DNA of 64,000 nucleotides, taken from positions 32,302,001-32,366,000 of the forward strand of contig NC_043007.1 of NCBI RefSeq assembly GCF_006345805.1, written 5' to 3'. Position numbers and translations under genes: made by a program. Source of the stretch: Octopus sinensis. Taxonomy: Eukaryota. A model generated the notes under the pieces. The model saw nothing but the letters and a program-made list of their open reading frames with translations. It searched no databases and was not told where the DNA came from. Below, one piece after another: positions 63,599 to 64,000 of the stretch (position 1 is the first letter of the stretch; each line of letters opens with the position of its first letter).

Positions 63599-64000
63599 TA
63601 TCAGTAGAAGATGAAAAGCATGCAGAAACTACTAATGATGCTCAAAGAAGCAGAAATCTAGATTTAGTAACTCCACAGCTTACTGCTGAGCACTTTTTGT
63701 CTGCTGCAGCTGTACCTCCCTGCCTTTCAGCTTTATACATTTATACAAAATTCTTACTCTCAAGATGAATACCGCAGTTTTGTGGCTTTCAACTGTATAT
63801 ATCTACATTAAGGAAGATATACAGAATGCTATTTTGGACTAATACTCTTTCCACTGGTAATAAACACTGTTAGATTGTAGCACAGATTTCAAATCTTATA
63901 GGAACAGAGAAGGTAATGAGAGAGTACCACTACCACCACTGCCTTTAACTTACAATACGAAGATAAAGGTAATCACTAACGGTACTTCATTTGTTATGAT

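Noticed and set aside
8797-63607. Recurrent ORFs containing YDGLLSVSVYQIHSQGFG...EDTCPRCHAVGLNPEPCGW
   Set aside because: They are antisense translations of SINE family B; the recurrence reflects repeat copy number, not a gene family.

Overview
Eukaryotic, AT-rich, repeat-saturated animal DNA. The repeat landscape (tRNA-headed SINEs, RTE and CR1 LINE relics, TTAA and hAT MITEs, abundant (TA)n/(CA)n/(CAT)n) looks like an octopus genome; this is inference from pattern recognition, not a database result. I can confidently identify only two host genes: the last two coding exons of a MOB2 (MOB kinase activator 2) orthologue on + (19730-19854, 21596-21978; upstream exons not found), and an essentially intact tRNA-Glu(TTC) at 27246-27317. 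A 100-N scaffold gap lies at 24837-24936. Almost all ORFs in the supplied track are microsatellite or SINE artefacts. I found no convincing novel multi-gene system. The most interesting signals are in the mobile DNA and non-coding structure. (1) A ~66-bp tandem hairpin plus H-type-pseudoknot-like module sits in an RTE 3' UTR family. (2) A SINE has a 3' end that repeatedly abuts GGTATT, including its own internal GGTATT, giving stereotyped self-tandems and a chimeric local duplication. (3) A Helentron-like element encloses a Gypsy integrase fragment between 41-bp direct repeats. (4) A 328-bp spacerless palindrome lies downstream of MOB2. (5) Four perfect nuclear-receptor half-sites cluster inside a candidate spliced exon. 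(6) A Penelope-type hammerhead ribozyme relic is present. (7) An RTE ORF2 carries an internal PHD finger but has lost its catalytic YADD region. Repeat boundaries are approximate (about +/-10 nt) unless a TSD/TIR is quoted.
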